Source of the DNA: an uncultured archaeon
GTDB taxonomy: Archaea > Thermoproteota > Bathyarchaeia > Bathyarchaeales > Bathycorpusculaceae
Assembly (NCBI GenBank): GCA_963782915.1
Contig: CAWALK010000020.1
Location: forward strand, 1-64,000
Length of the DNA: 64,000 nt
Direction of reading: 5' to 3'
In this document: positions 52,315-63,615 of the stretch, in pieces
Position numbering within the stretch: the stretch's first letter is position 1
How the letters are laid out: each line of letters begins with the position of its first letter
Notes under the pieces: model-generated
Database searches by the model: none
Seen by the model: only the letters and a program-made list of their open reading frames with translations
Told to the model about the DNA's origin: nothing
Translations under genes and position numbers: made by a program

Positions 52315-53331
52315 TTATGCTTTTGGTGCTTTAGCTGCTTTTTCCGGTGCTGCTGCGGGTGCTTCTGGTACACCGATGGCGTCTTTGAGGTACGCTTTGA
52401 ATGGACCCAGTTTGCCGCCGTAGTTGCCTGCCGAAATCTTGAGGATGCCTGGGCAAGTAAGGGCTGCTTGTACACCGACTGCCATGGCTTTCTTTACTGC
52501 GTCGAGTGTTAAGCCGTTGATGACGATTTCCAGTACGCTGTTAGCGCCTTCTGGAACCACTGTGTCCGGCACGATGCTGCGCAAGGTTGGGCAGTAGGTG
52601 TGGTTTGTTGAGGCTTTTAGTTTGTATTTTAGTGAGCCGGCTTTGCTTCCTGAGCGGCATAATCCGCCTGGGAATGGCATGATAACATCCGGTACTTGTG
52701 CACGGATCGCATCTGCTGCTGCTTCTGAAGCTGCTAAGCATTCAGCGTCGGTTTTAGCGAATATCATAAAGTTGCCGCCTGCAACCGCTTCTGTAGCGCC
52801 AAAGCCATCTTCAACGATGAAGTCGCCTTCCATAACGGGGATTCTCCAGCATTTGCGTCCGCCAACCATGGCTTTCTTTTGGAAACCATCGCCGAAGTAG
52901 CGGAGACTGCTGCCGATGAGCAGGACACGTTTGCCTAAGAGGCCGTTGAAAGCGGCTGTTGTTGGGCAAGTCATAGTGCATTGACCGATGCGGCCCATGA
53001 GTGAATGTTTGAGTTCAAAACGGTCTTTGTTATAAATTTGAATTAGAATACCCGGTCTTTTGTCCGGTGTTTCGCTGGCTGGAACAGTGCGTTCAATGGC
53101 TGCTTCAGCTGACGCGGCGATGACGCTTGTTGCGTAGCCGGTTGTGGTGTTTGCAGCGATTTGTGCCCATTTATCGTTATAAGCAGTGATGAGAACTCTG
53201 GCTGCCCAAAGCGGGAACATCTCAGCGAATGTATCCTGAACCTTCACTGTGCCTGAAGGGGTTTTTACAAGGTACATTTTTTCTTTATCGTCGTAACCTT
53301 GGATTTCAAGCTTCTTACTGTTTGATGACAT
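52315..53331 (-). CDS. ftr: Formylmethanofuran:H4MPT formyltransferase
   Basis: DTFAEMF, TPDKRPG, RIGQC, FGDG, RSGSK, SAGNYGGKLG. Confidence 0.93.
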   Translation of the reverse strand: MSSNSKKLEIQGYDDKEKMYLVKTPSGTVKVQDTFAEMFPLWAARVLITAYNDKWAQIAANTTTGYATSVIAASAEAAIERTVPASETPDKRPGILIQIYNKDRFELKHSLMGRIGQCTMTCPTTAAFNGLLGKRVLLIGSSLRYFGDGFQKKAMVGGRKCWRIPVMEGDFIVEDGFGATEAVAGGNFMIFAKTDAECLAASEAAADAIRAQVPDVIMPFPGGLCRSGSKAGSLKYKLKASTNHTYCPTLRSIVPDTVVPEGANSVLEIVINGLTLDAVKKAMAVGVQAALTCPGILKISAGNYGGKLGPFKAYLKDAIGVPEAPAAAPEKAAKAPKA

Positions 53332-53464
53332 GAACGGGACCTTGCCAGTTCAGTGGGGTTTTGTATAATTTAAGAGTTTTCATGGTTTTTCTGGTTTCAA
53401 CTTGGCCAATTTTATGTTTGCAAACGTGGGCTTTTACCCTTATGGCGCGGTTTTAGCCTAAAAT

Positions 53465-53834
53465 CTATGGTTTGCTAGCTGCTGATGGTTTAAGAATTAA
53501 GGTTGACTTGTCAGTTGTAGCCAACTCGAACTCGCAAGAGTTGTGTATGCATTTTTTTGGGCAAACCTCAGCACAATGATAACAGAACACGCATTTACCC
53601 AAGTTAAGTTGCGGACATTTCTTTTTGCCGCATTGCACCATCTCGATGGCTTTAGCTGGGCATTCTCTGCTGCATAACCCGCAGCCTATACAAGCTGAGA
53701 AGTCAAAGATTGGTTTACCACGGTAATCCTTTTCTAGACAGGGTTTCTGTTTGGGATACATTTCAGTGGCTGGTTTAGAAAATATTGTACGCAGCTGACC
53801 TTTTTAGTGCTTTATCGATTGAGTTTTTCGCCAT
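53465..53834 (-). CDS. 2[4Fe-4S] protein (NuoI/EchF-like; frameshift near start)
   Basis: KPATEMYP, RGK, two CxxCxxCxxxCP. Confidence 0.85.
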
Positions 53835-53948
53835 TCAAATATCCCATCACTCAAATTAGTGTAAAAGGAAAATTTTTACTTTGCTCAAATAAATAGGAGT
53901 TTTTCAAGAAAACTTGGGCTTTTCTGCAGCTATCAATAAAGATTGAGG

Positions 53949-54100
53949 TTTTGTTGCTCTGCCGAGGTACCCCCTCCCCTATATATAGACTAGGCACTTG
54001 CACACTCAAACTAGTTTACCGCCTGCATCCATTGAGTCAAAGCAGAGAAAGATAGCTGAATGCAGGGCAGAATCGGTTTTGTGTATGCACTTGCAGCAGT
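53949..54100 (-). repeat. Dispersed intergenic element (TATA/G-tract subfamily)
   Basis: Reverse complement TGCAAGTGCCTAGTCTATATATAGGGGAGGGGGTACCTCGGCAGAGCAACAAAAC; also shares ACTCAA.G.ATGCAG with the 24160 copy. Confidence 0.8.
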
Positions 54101-54269
54101 ATAGTTAGCATTAGTGCAACAGAACTAAACCCCTTAGACACTATCTCCCGACAATTTATAAAACAGCCGAGATAAATGCCGCCGTTGTTGCTACATCACG
54201 TAGCCACGCATCGATATAACCCATAAACCCAACCGTATTTGGTAGCGAATTTCTTGGGAGGTGTATTTG

Positions 54270-54380
54270 TTGAGCAAAGATGAAGAAAAAGGCAAAGAAA
54301 AACAGGCAGAAGGCAAAATGAAAGAGACCGAAGGAAAAATGCAGGAAGAATGGGGCAAACTCAAAAAGAAAGCTGATTAA
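54270..54380 (+). CDS. Small CsbD-like protein (36 aa), absent from ORF track
   Basis: GGAGGTG SD, TTG start, MSKDEEKGKEKQAEGKMKETEGKMQEEWGKLKKKAD*. Confidence 0.7.
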   Translation: MSKDEEKGKEKQAEGKMKETEGKMQEEWGKLKKKAD

Positions 54381-54392
54381 GCAATAATCAGC

Positions 54393-54635
54393 CTATTCCC
54401 TTACTGTTTTAACGGTTTTTTCTGCCGTTGAGGCACTAAAAAGCAAATCATCGATGGTAGCGGTAAAAGTAGCCAGTTTCCCGTCGCATTCAATCACCGT
54501 GATTACTCTGTTATTTTCCCTGACTGTTTTTACCTCTAAACCCACGGGTGTTTTAAAGTTGTCAGGCGAAACAGCCTGTGCAATCGCCTCAGCCGTCTTT
54601 TCATCTTTGTACTCAAGCTGGATTTTTGCTTGCAA
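54393..54635 (-). CDS. pcc1: KEOPS subunit Pcc1
   Basis: A..A.SPDN, TIDDLL; follows rps15 and the DHH gene. Confidence 0.85.
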   Translation of the reverse strand: MQAKIQLEYKDEKTAEAIAQAVSPDNFKTPVGLEVKTVRENNRVITVIECDGKLATFTATIDDLLFSASTAEKTVKTVRE

Positions 54636-56080
54636 GCTTCTCGCCCTTTAATTGCCTACCGACCAATTCATCGGCCATTTTTATGAAGGATTCAACTTTA
54701 TCCAGCGGTACTTGTGAGCCAGCTGCAATGTTGTGTCCGCCGCCTTGGCCGCCGTTTGCTTCAGAAGCCACGCGCATCACGTCGCCAAGGTTCACGCCCT
54801 TCATTAACGCCGCCTCGGTGGTTCTGCCCGAAAATTTGGCTGCTTTCTCAGCTTCAATGTTGGCAAACGCTATGAGGGGTTTTAGGTTGTTGGCGAGGCT
54901 TGAGACGATGATTGAGGAGACTGTGCCGATGATTTTTTCGTTGATAAAGTTCTCGCCGTAGATGACGTAGATGTTTTGGAGTTCTCGCATGCGTTCTGGT
55001 TTTTCGCTTACCCATCCGAGGTATTTGTTGATGTTTTTGCGGTAATCTTCCAAGGATTTTGTTGGATTCTTCGAGGGCTGCTTTGCGGTCTCCCATGCAG
55101 ATGGCGATGCCTAAGCTGGGGCGGTCCATGCGGCCAGTTGAGTTGAGCAGTACCGAGAATTCTCTGCCGTCGCGGAGGGCGGTGTTGGGTTCTTCTTTGG
55201 TTAATATGTAGATGTTGCCGATGAGGTTTTCAACTTCCAAATGCAACCCCTTTGATAACAGGTAATCGGCTAGGGCTGAGCATAGTTTTTTGCGTTCCTC
55301 ATCATTCAAGTCGCAGAGCGAACGCAGTTTGTCGCCCTGTTTTAATGGAATTCCTAAGTTGGTAACGAAGTTGAGGGCTTCGGTTTCTTGACCGCTTAAA
55401 CCTGGAATAAAAGGGTTGGTGGTTGTTGCCAGCATCCTGTGTATGGGGCGGGTTTCCCTGCCAAAGAACGTTAAATCCTTTACAACTTTGAGCAGTCCTG
55501 CTTCGACGGCGTCGTTAACTATTAACTCGTTTAACCCTTTCAAACTGCGCTGTTCATATTTGTCTTGCATGTCGCCTAAAGCGCCGACTAATGCGATTGG
55601 GGCGCAGTCAACGTTTGCTGGGTTTACGGCTTTGGCTGCGAAGTATGCTACGCCTGAGCCGCTGACTTCTGTTGCTCCGTCGATGCCGTAGACATGTGGG
55701 TTGAGCATGGTAAAGTTTGGGTTTTTTGATGTGCCGTTGACTTGGTGATGATCGAGAATGACTATTTTGTTATTGGGGATTTTTTCGTTGAGTAAATCTA
55801 TGTAACCGCTGCCAAAGTCAGTCATGATAACTAATTGGGGTTTGTCGGCGGTGACTTCTGCGATGATTTTTTCGTCTACCCACTGCATGACACGTATGCG
55901 GTATCTTGCGTCGAGGCGGGTGAGCATTTTGGCGATGACGCCTGCTGCGGCTACTCCGTCGGCGTCGAGGTGTGAGAAGCAACTGATGAAGCCGTCTTTT
56001 TCTGCGGTTTCTTTGATTACTTTTGCTGCTTCGTCTGCTTGAGCTAAGAATTTTGTTACGTTTTCTGGTTGCTGCGCCAT
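54613..56080 (-). CDS. DHH phosphoesterase (RecJ/Cdc45-like; one frameshift)
   Basis: HLDADG, DFGS, DHH, GDMQD, GGGHNIAAG. Confidence 0.9.
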
Positions 56081-56230
56081 GCTAGGTCACTTCTTGCAGA
56101 GAGTGTGGTTGAAGGGATTTAAAGCTGGTGCATCAACAATTCGCTCAAAGAACAATAAGGGTCAAGACTGCTCTTAAAAGAATAAACTAAAAAATTATAA
56201 TTTAATTAATAAATTAAAGGAAAAGGACGT

Positions 56231-56671
56231 TTAGGTTACGGAAGCGATTTTCGCTGCGTACTTAAAGTCTTTTGATATAACGCCTTCACGCTTATAGTAG
56301 CGGCTGAGCTTGTGGATTTGTGCTTCGATGATTTGCATGTTGCGTTTGTTGTGGAGGTCTTTCTTGTTTTTGTCCATGTGAACTGCTAGTGATTGTGCTT
56401 TCTTCATCATGTTAGCGAGGTCTTCTGGCAGGGTTGGCATCAGGTTCGCGGCTTTTATTGTGTCGCTTATGGATTTGCCTGTGATTGGCTTTACTAGTGG
56501 AATAGCGTATTGGTCACGCAGAATGGTGCCTATGGCGCTCATGTTGTGGCCTTCTTTGGCTAATTTTATGATGAAGGCTTCTACTTCTTCAGGCTGGTAT
56601 TTGCACCAGCTTGGTGGGCGTCTGCTGACTGGGCGAATTGAATGTGATTTACCTTTTTCTTGCTTTGGCAT
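56231..56671 (-). CDS. rps15: 30S ribosomal protein S15 (uS15)
   Basis: KGKSHSIRP, IGTILRDQY, PEDL, KDLH, RYYK. Confidence 0.96.
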   Translation of the reverse strand: MPKQEKGKSHSIRPVSRRPPSWCKYQPEEVEAFIIKLAKEGHNMSAIGTILRDQYAIPLVKPITGKSISDTIKAANLMPTLPEDLANMMKKAQSLAVHMDKNKKDLHNKRNMQIIEAQIHKLSRYYKREGVISKDFKYAAKIASVT

Positions 56672-56763
56672 CCGTTACACCTTGTGATTGTGCACCTAAA
56701 CCACACCGCACCAATATTTAAAAGTAGCTAGTGCAGGGCACCAAAAAATTGAGACCCATCTGC

Positions 56764-57267
56764 CTATGCGTATCGTTTGTTGCGTGTTGCTAAGTAAACG
56801 AAGAACTGCGCAATCAACGAGGCACCAGCAAGTATGATAAGTGCTGGCCAAAACGTAAACCAACCAGTAAGCGTACCCGCCATTAGGTATACGTTTGCTA
56901 CTACTGCGCCGCCTAACCAGAACACTGTGTTGCCGACTGTTTCAGCGATTTTTCTAGTAGGCGAATGAACCCATAACCGCGCTGCCAATATGACAATCTG
57001 CAAGATGCCTATGGCTAACATGAAGTTGAAGACTGCTTGGTAAACTTGAGAGTGTGCTGCTGGGTGGGCGGGTGCAGGTAAAACAATCGCACCATTAATT
57101 GCAGGATAAGTTACTCCTGTAAAGTCGCTGAAGAAATCGCCAAGTGCACCAGTTATACCTGGCGTTAACCCGAAAACTACGCCGACGATGATGAAGAAGC
57201 CGCCGAATGCTAGTGCAGTGATTAAGCCTTCATGTAGCGCTCTTTCACGGTGAGAAGATTGAGTCAT
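56764..57267 (-). CDS. Conserved membrane protein, paralog of 19879-20448
   Basis: LPAPAHPAAH, AETVGN.VFWLG. Confidence 0.75.
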   Translation of the reverse strand: MTQSSHRERALHEGLITALAFGGFFIIVGVVFGLTPGITGALGDFFSDFTGVTYPAINGAIVLPAPAHPAAHSQVYQAVFNFMLAIGILQIVILAARLWVHSPTRKIAETVGNTVFWLGGAVVANVYLMAGTLTGWFTFWPALIILAGASLIAQFFVYLATRNKRYA

Positions 57268-57313
57268 GCCCTTACCCTACTATTGCTATTGAGGGCTATG
57301 TAATATAACATTT

Positions 57314-57940
57314 TCAGTGCTGTTTAACGTACCATTCTGCGAATTTGCGTATGGCGTCTGCTCGGTGTGAGTAACCGTTTTTTTCTGTGATGGTCATTTC
57401 TGCGAATGTTGTGCTGCTGCCTGCTGGTTGGAAGATGGGGTCGAAGCCGAAGCCTGATTTGCCCTGTGCCCTGCGTTCGGTTGCGGTGATTTCTCCTTTG
57501 GATTCACCCTGAAAACTTACGGGTGTACAGGGGGTTTGGTCGTCGCAGTATGAGATAACGGAACGGAAAATAGCGCTACGATCTGCAACACCTTCCATGA
57601 GTTTTAGGATGCCGCTGTTATGGATGGTTTTATAGACGTAGGCGGCGTATGGACCAGGAAAACCGCTTAGTGAATCGATGAATAAACCTGCGTCTTCCAC
57701 AAAAATGGGCAACCCGCTCTTTTTGTAGGCGTATTGGACGCTTTTTTCGGCAATCTCTTGGAGGCTGTCACTTTGGATTTCGTCGCCTTTGAGCTTTAGC
57801 ATGCCCACTGCTACGCCGTAGCTGCCAAGGATGCGTCTGGCTTCATTAAACTTGTTAACGTTACCCGTAGCGAAAAAGACTACTTTGCCCTTAAACGGAA
57901 AGTCACTGTTACTGCTTGCGTTCTTCAATATAGCGCCCAC
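57314..57940 (-). CDS. rdgB: Non-canonical purine NTP pyrophosphatase (RdgB/HAM1)
   Basis: ATGN..K, EDAGL, FPGPY, GFGFDPIF, SHR. Confidence 0.93.
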   Translation of the reverse strand: MGAILKNASSNSDFPFKGKVVFFATGNVNKFNEARRILGSYGVAVGMLKLKGDEIQSDSLQEIAEKSVQYAYKKSGLPIFVEDAGLFIDSLSGFPGPYAAYVYKTIHNSGILKLMEGVADRSAIFRSVISYCDDQTPCTPVSFQGESKGEITATERRAQGKSGFGFDPIFQPAGSSTTFAEMTITEKNGYSHRADAIRKFAEWYVKQH

Positions 57941-58577
57941 GCCTCTCTATCTCACGGGTTTTCTCATAAACCTTTTCCGCCAACTCGACACCCAGAACCG
58001 AGGTATAGCCGCAAAGCACGGCTTGGAAGCATTCTTCCCAGAACATGTAATGCGTGCTCTGGAGTGCCCGTTTGAGAAGGTGCAAATCTACGCCTTTGGC
58101 TTCTAATTCGATGTTTTTTTCGCCGAGTCCGAAGTCTACGAAGAAGATTCTGCCGTCGGGGGCTTGTATCATGTTGGAAGTGGTTAAGTCGCCATGGATT
58201 AAGCCTGCTTTGTGGAGATGCGCGACGGATTCGCCGATTGCAACACAGATGGCATGGCGGTCGATTTTTGCGGCTTGGTTGAGCAGCCCTTTCATCTGTT
58301 GCCCTTCGATGTATTGCATGATGATGGTGGATTCGGGCACGTTTACCATGTAAATCAGCGGTGTGGCTACCCCTGCGGCTTTGGCTTCATGCATCAACTG
58401 GGGCTCGTGAACGGTGCGGTAACTGCGGATTTGCTTGTCCAGCGCTTCGGGTCGGTACCGTTTGGGGATGCGGACTTTGATGATGGCTTTTCGGTTATGC
58501 CACTCTGTGAGGAATAGGCTGGCTTCGGCGCCCTTCTTGATTAGCCGTGTTTGGGGGGTTTTGTCTATTGTATCCAT
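57909..58577 (-). CDS. bud32: KEOPS kinase Bud32
   Basis: GAEA, HGDLTTSN, DFGL, RGRY; start moved to ATG 58577. Confidence 0.93.
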   Translation of the reverse strand: MDTIDKTPQTRLIKKGAEASLFLTEWHNRKAIIKVRIPKRYRPEALDKQIRSYRTVHEPQLMHEAKAAGVATPLIYMVNVPESTIIMQYIEGQQMKGLLNQAAKIDRHAICVAIGESVAHLHKAGLIHGDLTTSNMIQAPDGRIFFVDFGLGEKNIELEAKGVDLHLLKRALQSTHYMFWEECFQAVLCGYTSVLGVELAEKVYEKTREIERRGRYIEERKQ

Positions 58578-59605
58578 GGTACATCCACCTTGTCTACTCG
58601 CCAGCGTAGTTTGACGTAGCTTTCCTCGATTGGCGTCAATGAGCCCATGCCTGATAGGCGAGGGTTCCTGTCCACGCAATCATGGCGCCATTATCGGTTG
58701 CGTATTGGAGCGGGACTACGTTGAATTTGGCGTCATGCTCAGCGGCGATTACTGCGAGCATGGCTTGGAGCCGTTTATTCGCAGCTACTCCGCCTGTAAG
58801 CAGAACTTCTTTCTTTTCAGTATGCGCCAATGCGCGTTCAGTGACTTCGGTTACCATAGAAAAAGCATGCTCCTGCAAACTATAACAGACATCTTCCAAT
58901 CGGTCGCCCTTCTGGAGTTGAGTTGACGCCGCAGTTACCAAGCCACTAAGCGACAAATCCATACCCTTCACAACATAAGGCAACGAAACCAGCTTCTCAC
59001 CCTTCAAGCGCCAGTTGTTCGATGGCTGCTCCAATCGGCAACCCCTTCTTAGTCTTCAACCCTGCTTCCCTGCCAAAAACATCTAAGCAGTTGCCCAATG
59101 CGATGTCGAGTGTTTCGCCGAAAACGCGGTATCTGCCTGACTCGTAGGCGGTGACCATGGTGTTGCCTCCTGATGCGTAGAGGGTGACGGGGTCTTTGGC
59201 GCCTGTTTGGAGTTTGCCGATTTCTATGTGGGCGACGGAGTGGTTGACGCCGACAAGCGGAATTGTGAGGTATGAGGCTAAGGCTCGGGCGACGGTTGCT
59301 CCTGTGCGCAGTGAGGGTCCGAGTCCTGGTCCTTGTGAGAAGGCAATGCAGGTTAACTCTTTGGCTTTGATCCCTGCTTTGGTTAGGGCTTCTTGGAGGA
59401 CTACATCGGCTACTTCGGCATGGTGCCTCGCTGCTTCCCTTGGATGAATCCCGCCCTCCGTTGGGATGTAGCTGTCCGATTTATTTGCCAAGATTTCTCC
59501 GCTAAACGCTGCTATGCCCACGCCGAAATCGTCAGCTGAAGATTCAATGCCCAAGCAGTACTTGCCCACTAAATGTTGATCTGTGTTAATCATTCCGTTC
59601 CACAT
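58565..59605 (-). CDS. kae1: KEOPS t6A synthase Kae1 (frameshifted)
   Basis: LGIESSA, GIHPRE, GPGLGP, HSVAH, SGGNT, GGVAAN, DNGAMIA. Confidence 0.93.
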
Positions 59606-59674
59606 TTTTTCAGGGATACATATTTTTATGTGAATCCAACGCTTATATTACTGTATTATTCGGAAGATGCTAAA

Positions 59675-60130
59675 ATGCCAAAGCGTAACGATCTTGAACA
59701 GAAAGCACTGCATTATGTGGTAAACACGGGGTACCAAGGCGTGCTTCAGTCAGACTTATGGCGGGAACTCGGAGCAAGCAGCAGAGAGGGCTCCCGCGTT
59801 TCAATAAAGTTAGAAGAGAAAGGGCTTATCAGAAGAGAGAAAGAACTGCAAGACGGCAGATGGACATATCGGCTTTACCCTAAACGGTTGCCTGCGTCGA
59901 TTGAAACCATCATCGATTGCCCATGCTTGTTGTGTCCAGATAATGCACGATGTGACCCAACAACCGCTATCTCACCAAAAAGTTGCCCCCGATTAACCGA
60001 TTGGATACTTAACTTAGGAAAAGAAGCTCCCGCACCAGCAGCTCCTGAAGGTCCAAGCGCAGACGTAGATGCACCCGAAGAACCAGATACACCAGAGGAT
60101 GATAGCGACGCCGAAAGCTTGGATACGTGA
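59675..60130 (+). CDS. TFE-beta / RPC34-like winged-helix plus FeS protein
   Basis: GVLQSDLW winged helix, then PC..C.....C......P..C..L..W. Confidence 0.8.
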   Translation: MPKRNDLEQKALHYVVNTGYQGVLQSDLWRELGASSREGSRVSIKLEEKGLIRREKELQDGRWTYRLYPKRLPASIETIIDCPCLLCPDNARCDPTTAISPKSCPRLTDWILNLGKEAPAPAAPEGPSADVDAPEEPDTPEDDSDAESLDT

Positions 60131-60741
60131 AAGAAAAAACGAGTATTATTATAAGAAATCAAAAGAAGAAAACTATCGAAGCCGAAGCACCTACAAACTG
60201 ATTCAGGCTAACGAGAAGTATGGCTTCATTAAACTACGCGATGTAGTTGTCGATTTAGGTGCCGCTCCAGGCGGTTGGATTCAAGCAGCCAGAAAAATGA
60301 CTGGCAAACACGGCTTCGTCTTAGGCGTAGACCTAAAACCCATCGAACCCTTCACACAGGAATACATTCGCACAATCATCGCCGACTTAACCGAACCAGA
60401 CATCGCAGAACAAATCCTTTCATTCCTACCACGCAGACCAGACGTAGTCATCTCCGATGCTGCACCAAACGTTACAGGCGTCTGGGAAGTAGACCACGAA
60501 AACCAAATCGACTTAGCCATCTAAATCCATGGAAATCGCAAAGTGCCTCCTAAAACCAGGCGGCAACTTCTTCGTCAAAGTCTTCCAAGGCGGGCAACTA
60601 GACGAATTCATGCTAAACGTCAAACACAATTTCGACAGCGTCAGGATTGTTAAGCCACCTGCAAGCAGAACAAAAAGCAGCGAAGAATACCTTTTGGCTT
60701 TAGGCTTAAAAACCAGCTGTGAAGCGTCAACAGAAACCTAA
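60108..60741 (+). CDS. rlmE: 23S rRNA Um2552 methyltransferase RlmE/FtsJ (frameshifted; start uncertain)
   Basis: YRSRSTYKL, DLGAAPGGW, SDAAP, KVFQG, KPPASR..S.E.Y. Confidence 0.9.
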
Positions 60742-60779
60742 TTCTGCCACGCCCACCTCCTTCTTTATAGGTGTAGACT

Positions 60780-61470
60780 GTGAGGGTTATCTCCGCTGAT
60801 TCAGGCGCAGCCATCTTAGATGAGCAGTTTAAGCCGTTGTTTCTTGTTGCTTCTGTTTCAGTGCTCGTTGAGCCACCTTACCGTGAACCTTCAACGCGGA
60901 TTGCTGAACCGATTTTTAGGGAGGTTGATTCCATCTTTCGATGTTATTGTGCATGAAGCGCAGCTCTGCCAAAACCTGCTGAGTAAAGTGGCGGCGGATG
61001 TGGTGCATCTTGACATGACCTTGGGCGGCATAAGCGTTGAAGAATTATCGCCTGTAGAACTGCTCAACATGCGCGCTTCTAAGGCTGGGCGGCAGAATAT
61101 CCTTAAAATTTTGCCCAGACTACGAAAAATCGCTGCAGAAATCAAGCGGGTACACGGCATCGATATGCTTGCTATCGGCAAAGAAAGCGTGCCTGTGCGG
61201 ATTGCCGAGTTAACGGCTGGTGCAGAAGCCATACTATACGCTTGCCAAAGAGCCGATGATACACAGGAAGATGTGCTTTTAGGGTTGCCTCTTAACTGCC
61301 AGCCCCACTTACTCGATGACCGTGTGTATTTGCAATCATTGATTTCAGGTGAGCATGACCTGAGAAGTTACGCGGTCGATACAGAAAAGATACTGGCAAA
61401 GGTTAAATTGGCAGAAACCTTAAATCCAGTAGCAAGAGGTTTCCGCGCATTAAAAATAGCGCCAAAATAA
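60780..61470 (+). CDS. Conserved archaeal protein (DUF4152-like; frameshifted)
   Basis: RVISADSGAAIL, VHLDMTLGG, AIGKESVPVRIAE, NPVARGF. Confidence 0.7.
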
Positions 61471-61488
61471 CAAGAGGAAATAATACAC

Positions 61489-62074
61489 ATGAATTATCCC
61501 CAATTCTGGTTAACTGCTTCGCCACGCCGAAAAAGAATCTACTCAGTAGTCTTTATCCTCTTTCTTTCCATATTAGCCACTGTAGCAGGCACCTTGGTTC
61601 CCATCAGCCAACAAGATGCACAGGTAATAAGTGACCAACTAAACCAAACAGTAACTCAGGGCACATCAGGCGGCACCCTAATCCCAGACATTTTCATCAA
61701 CAACTTCTCCTTGTGCCTACTCATGTTCATTCCACTTGCTGGATTAGGCATCGGCTTATTCATACTGTTCAGCACAGGCATGGCATTTAGAGCTATCTTT
61801 GAAATACAAGCAGCCAACGGACTCTCCAGGTGCAACTACAAGCAACATTGACCCAACAACAGCGTTCTTGGCTTTAGCGTTAATCGGCGCAGTTTTCCTA
61901 CTCGAATACGTCTCCTACACCATCGCTATGACAGAGAGCGTATGGCTGTTCAGAAGGATAATGCAGAAGCGTTGGAGCGAACTAAAAATCACTGCAGCCG
62001 TAATTGGCATCGTTGCCCTATTGTTAATCATAGGTGCAGTCGTTGAAACGTATGCACTATCAATACCCCTTTAA
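61489..62074 (+). CDS. SpoIIM-family membrane protein (frameshifted)
   Basis: IFINN..CLLMFIP, LE..Y.IA, LL.IGAVVE. Confidence 0.8.
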
Positions 62075-62118
62075 GGGGCAACCACTTCTATTTTTAGCGG
62101 TAGTTTTAGGGTGACTTT

Positions 62119-62667
62119 ATGAAGTTTAATTTGCCGTTCTGGCACAATGCATCCCCAAAACGGAAGCGCATCTACTCAATTCTGCTGGTTTTCTTAGTCG
62201 CTGTCTTAGCCCTACTAATTGGCACCTTAACAACACTTAGCCACAGCCAAGCCCAATACATAAGCGACAACCTAAACCAAACCCTAAACCAAAACCGCGC
62301 CAACAACACCCTAATCCAACACATATTCCTAAACAACTTCATAATTTGCCTACTAATGTTCATCCCATTAGTCGGCGCTGGATTGGGATTATACATACTC
62401 TACAACACAGGAGTCGCCCTTAACGCCTTAGCCTCAATACAGGGGTACCCAGTCTACATGGGTATCTTGAATTTGGTGGCTACGCCGATTTTCTGGATAG
62501 AATTCGCTGCCTACGCAATCGCTATGGCTGAGAGCATTTGGCTCTTTAGAAGGCTTCTGCAGGGACGGTGGGGTGAATTAAAATGGACCGCCATATCCAT
62601 CGGCGTCTGCGCGTTGCTGCTTATCGTTGGCGCAGTTGTTGAGACTTGGCTAATAACCGTCGGTTAG
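62119..62667 (+). CDS. SpoIIM-family membrane protein, tandem paralog
   Basis: Same motifs; FW..ASP.RKRIYS shared with the upstream gene. Confidence 0.82.
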   Translation: MKFNLPFWHNASPKRKRIYSILLVFLVAVLALLIGTLTTLSHSQAQYISDNLNQTLNQNRANNTLIQHIFLNNFIICLLMFIPLVGAGLGLYILYNTGVALNALASIQGYPVYMGILNLVATPIFWIEFAAYAIAMAESIWLFRRLLQGRWGELKWTAISIGVCALLLIVGAVVETWLITVG

Positions 62668-63519
62668 CTCTTGATTATTTCAAGGCTGATGTCAAGCGCT
62701 TTGACGCTGTGGGTTAACTCGCCCATGCTTATGATGTCAACTTCTGCCGAGGCATATTCAAGCAGAGTTTCAGCTGTTATTCCTCCGCTTACCTCAAGCA
62801 GCACACGGTCAAACCCTGCCTTGCGCAGCTCCTCGCCTGCTTCTTTGGCTTGTTTGGGCGAAAAATTATCCAACATAACAATATCCGCGCCTGCTTTGGC
62901 AGCTTTGAGTGCGTCTTGGATGTTTGTTACTTCTACCTCGATTTTTTTGGCGAAGGAGGCGTTAGCTTTGGCTTTTTTAACTGCTTCCTCTGCGCTGCCA
63001 ACGATGGCAAGGTGATTGTCTTTTATGAGGACCATATCGTCTAAGTGTAGTCGGTGTGGGTCGCCTCCGCCGATGGCTACTGCTTTTTTGTCAAAGTAGA
63101 GTAGTCCTGGGGCGGATTTGCGTGTAGCTGCAATTCGGGCTTTAACTTTTGCTTTAGCCAGTTGCTCTGCTAACGTGTGGGTTTTGGTTGCTATGCCGCT
63201 CATTCGGGATAAAAGGTTGAGTAGGGTGCGTTCGACGGATAGGATGGTTTGGGCATCCCCTGAAAGTTCTAGGAGGACCTGCATGTTTTTCACTTTGCTG
63301 CCATCAGCTACTTTTGAGGTCTACTTTGAGCCCCATGGATTCTGCAAGAATGACGGCTTCTTCGATGCCTGCAACTATGCCTTCTGCTTTTGCAATCACT
63401 TCAGCCTTCACCATCAGATTCGCTGGGATAATGGCTGCTGCGGTTACATCGCCCTCGCCCAAGTCTTCCGCGAGGAACTCTCGGAGTTTCTCCTCCACAA
63501 TCCGTCTTGGCATAAACAT
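62664..63519 (-). CDS. nadC: Quinolinate phosphoribosyltransferase (frameshifted)
   Basis: EDLG.GDVT, ERTLLN, ATRK, HRLHLDD, KDNH, MLDN, SGGI. Confidence 0.93.
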
Positions 63520-63615
63520 GTCATCTACTCTCTCTGCCTACGCTTAAAATGCTTACCGTCACTCGCTTGAACCAAGCTAGAGAATAAATAGAATCAGCCA
63601 CTTTCTAGTCTAATT

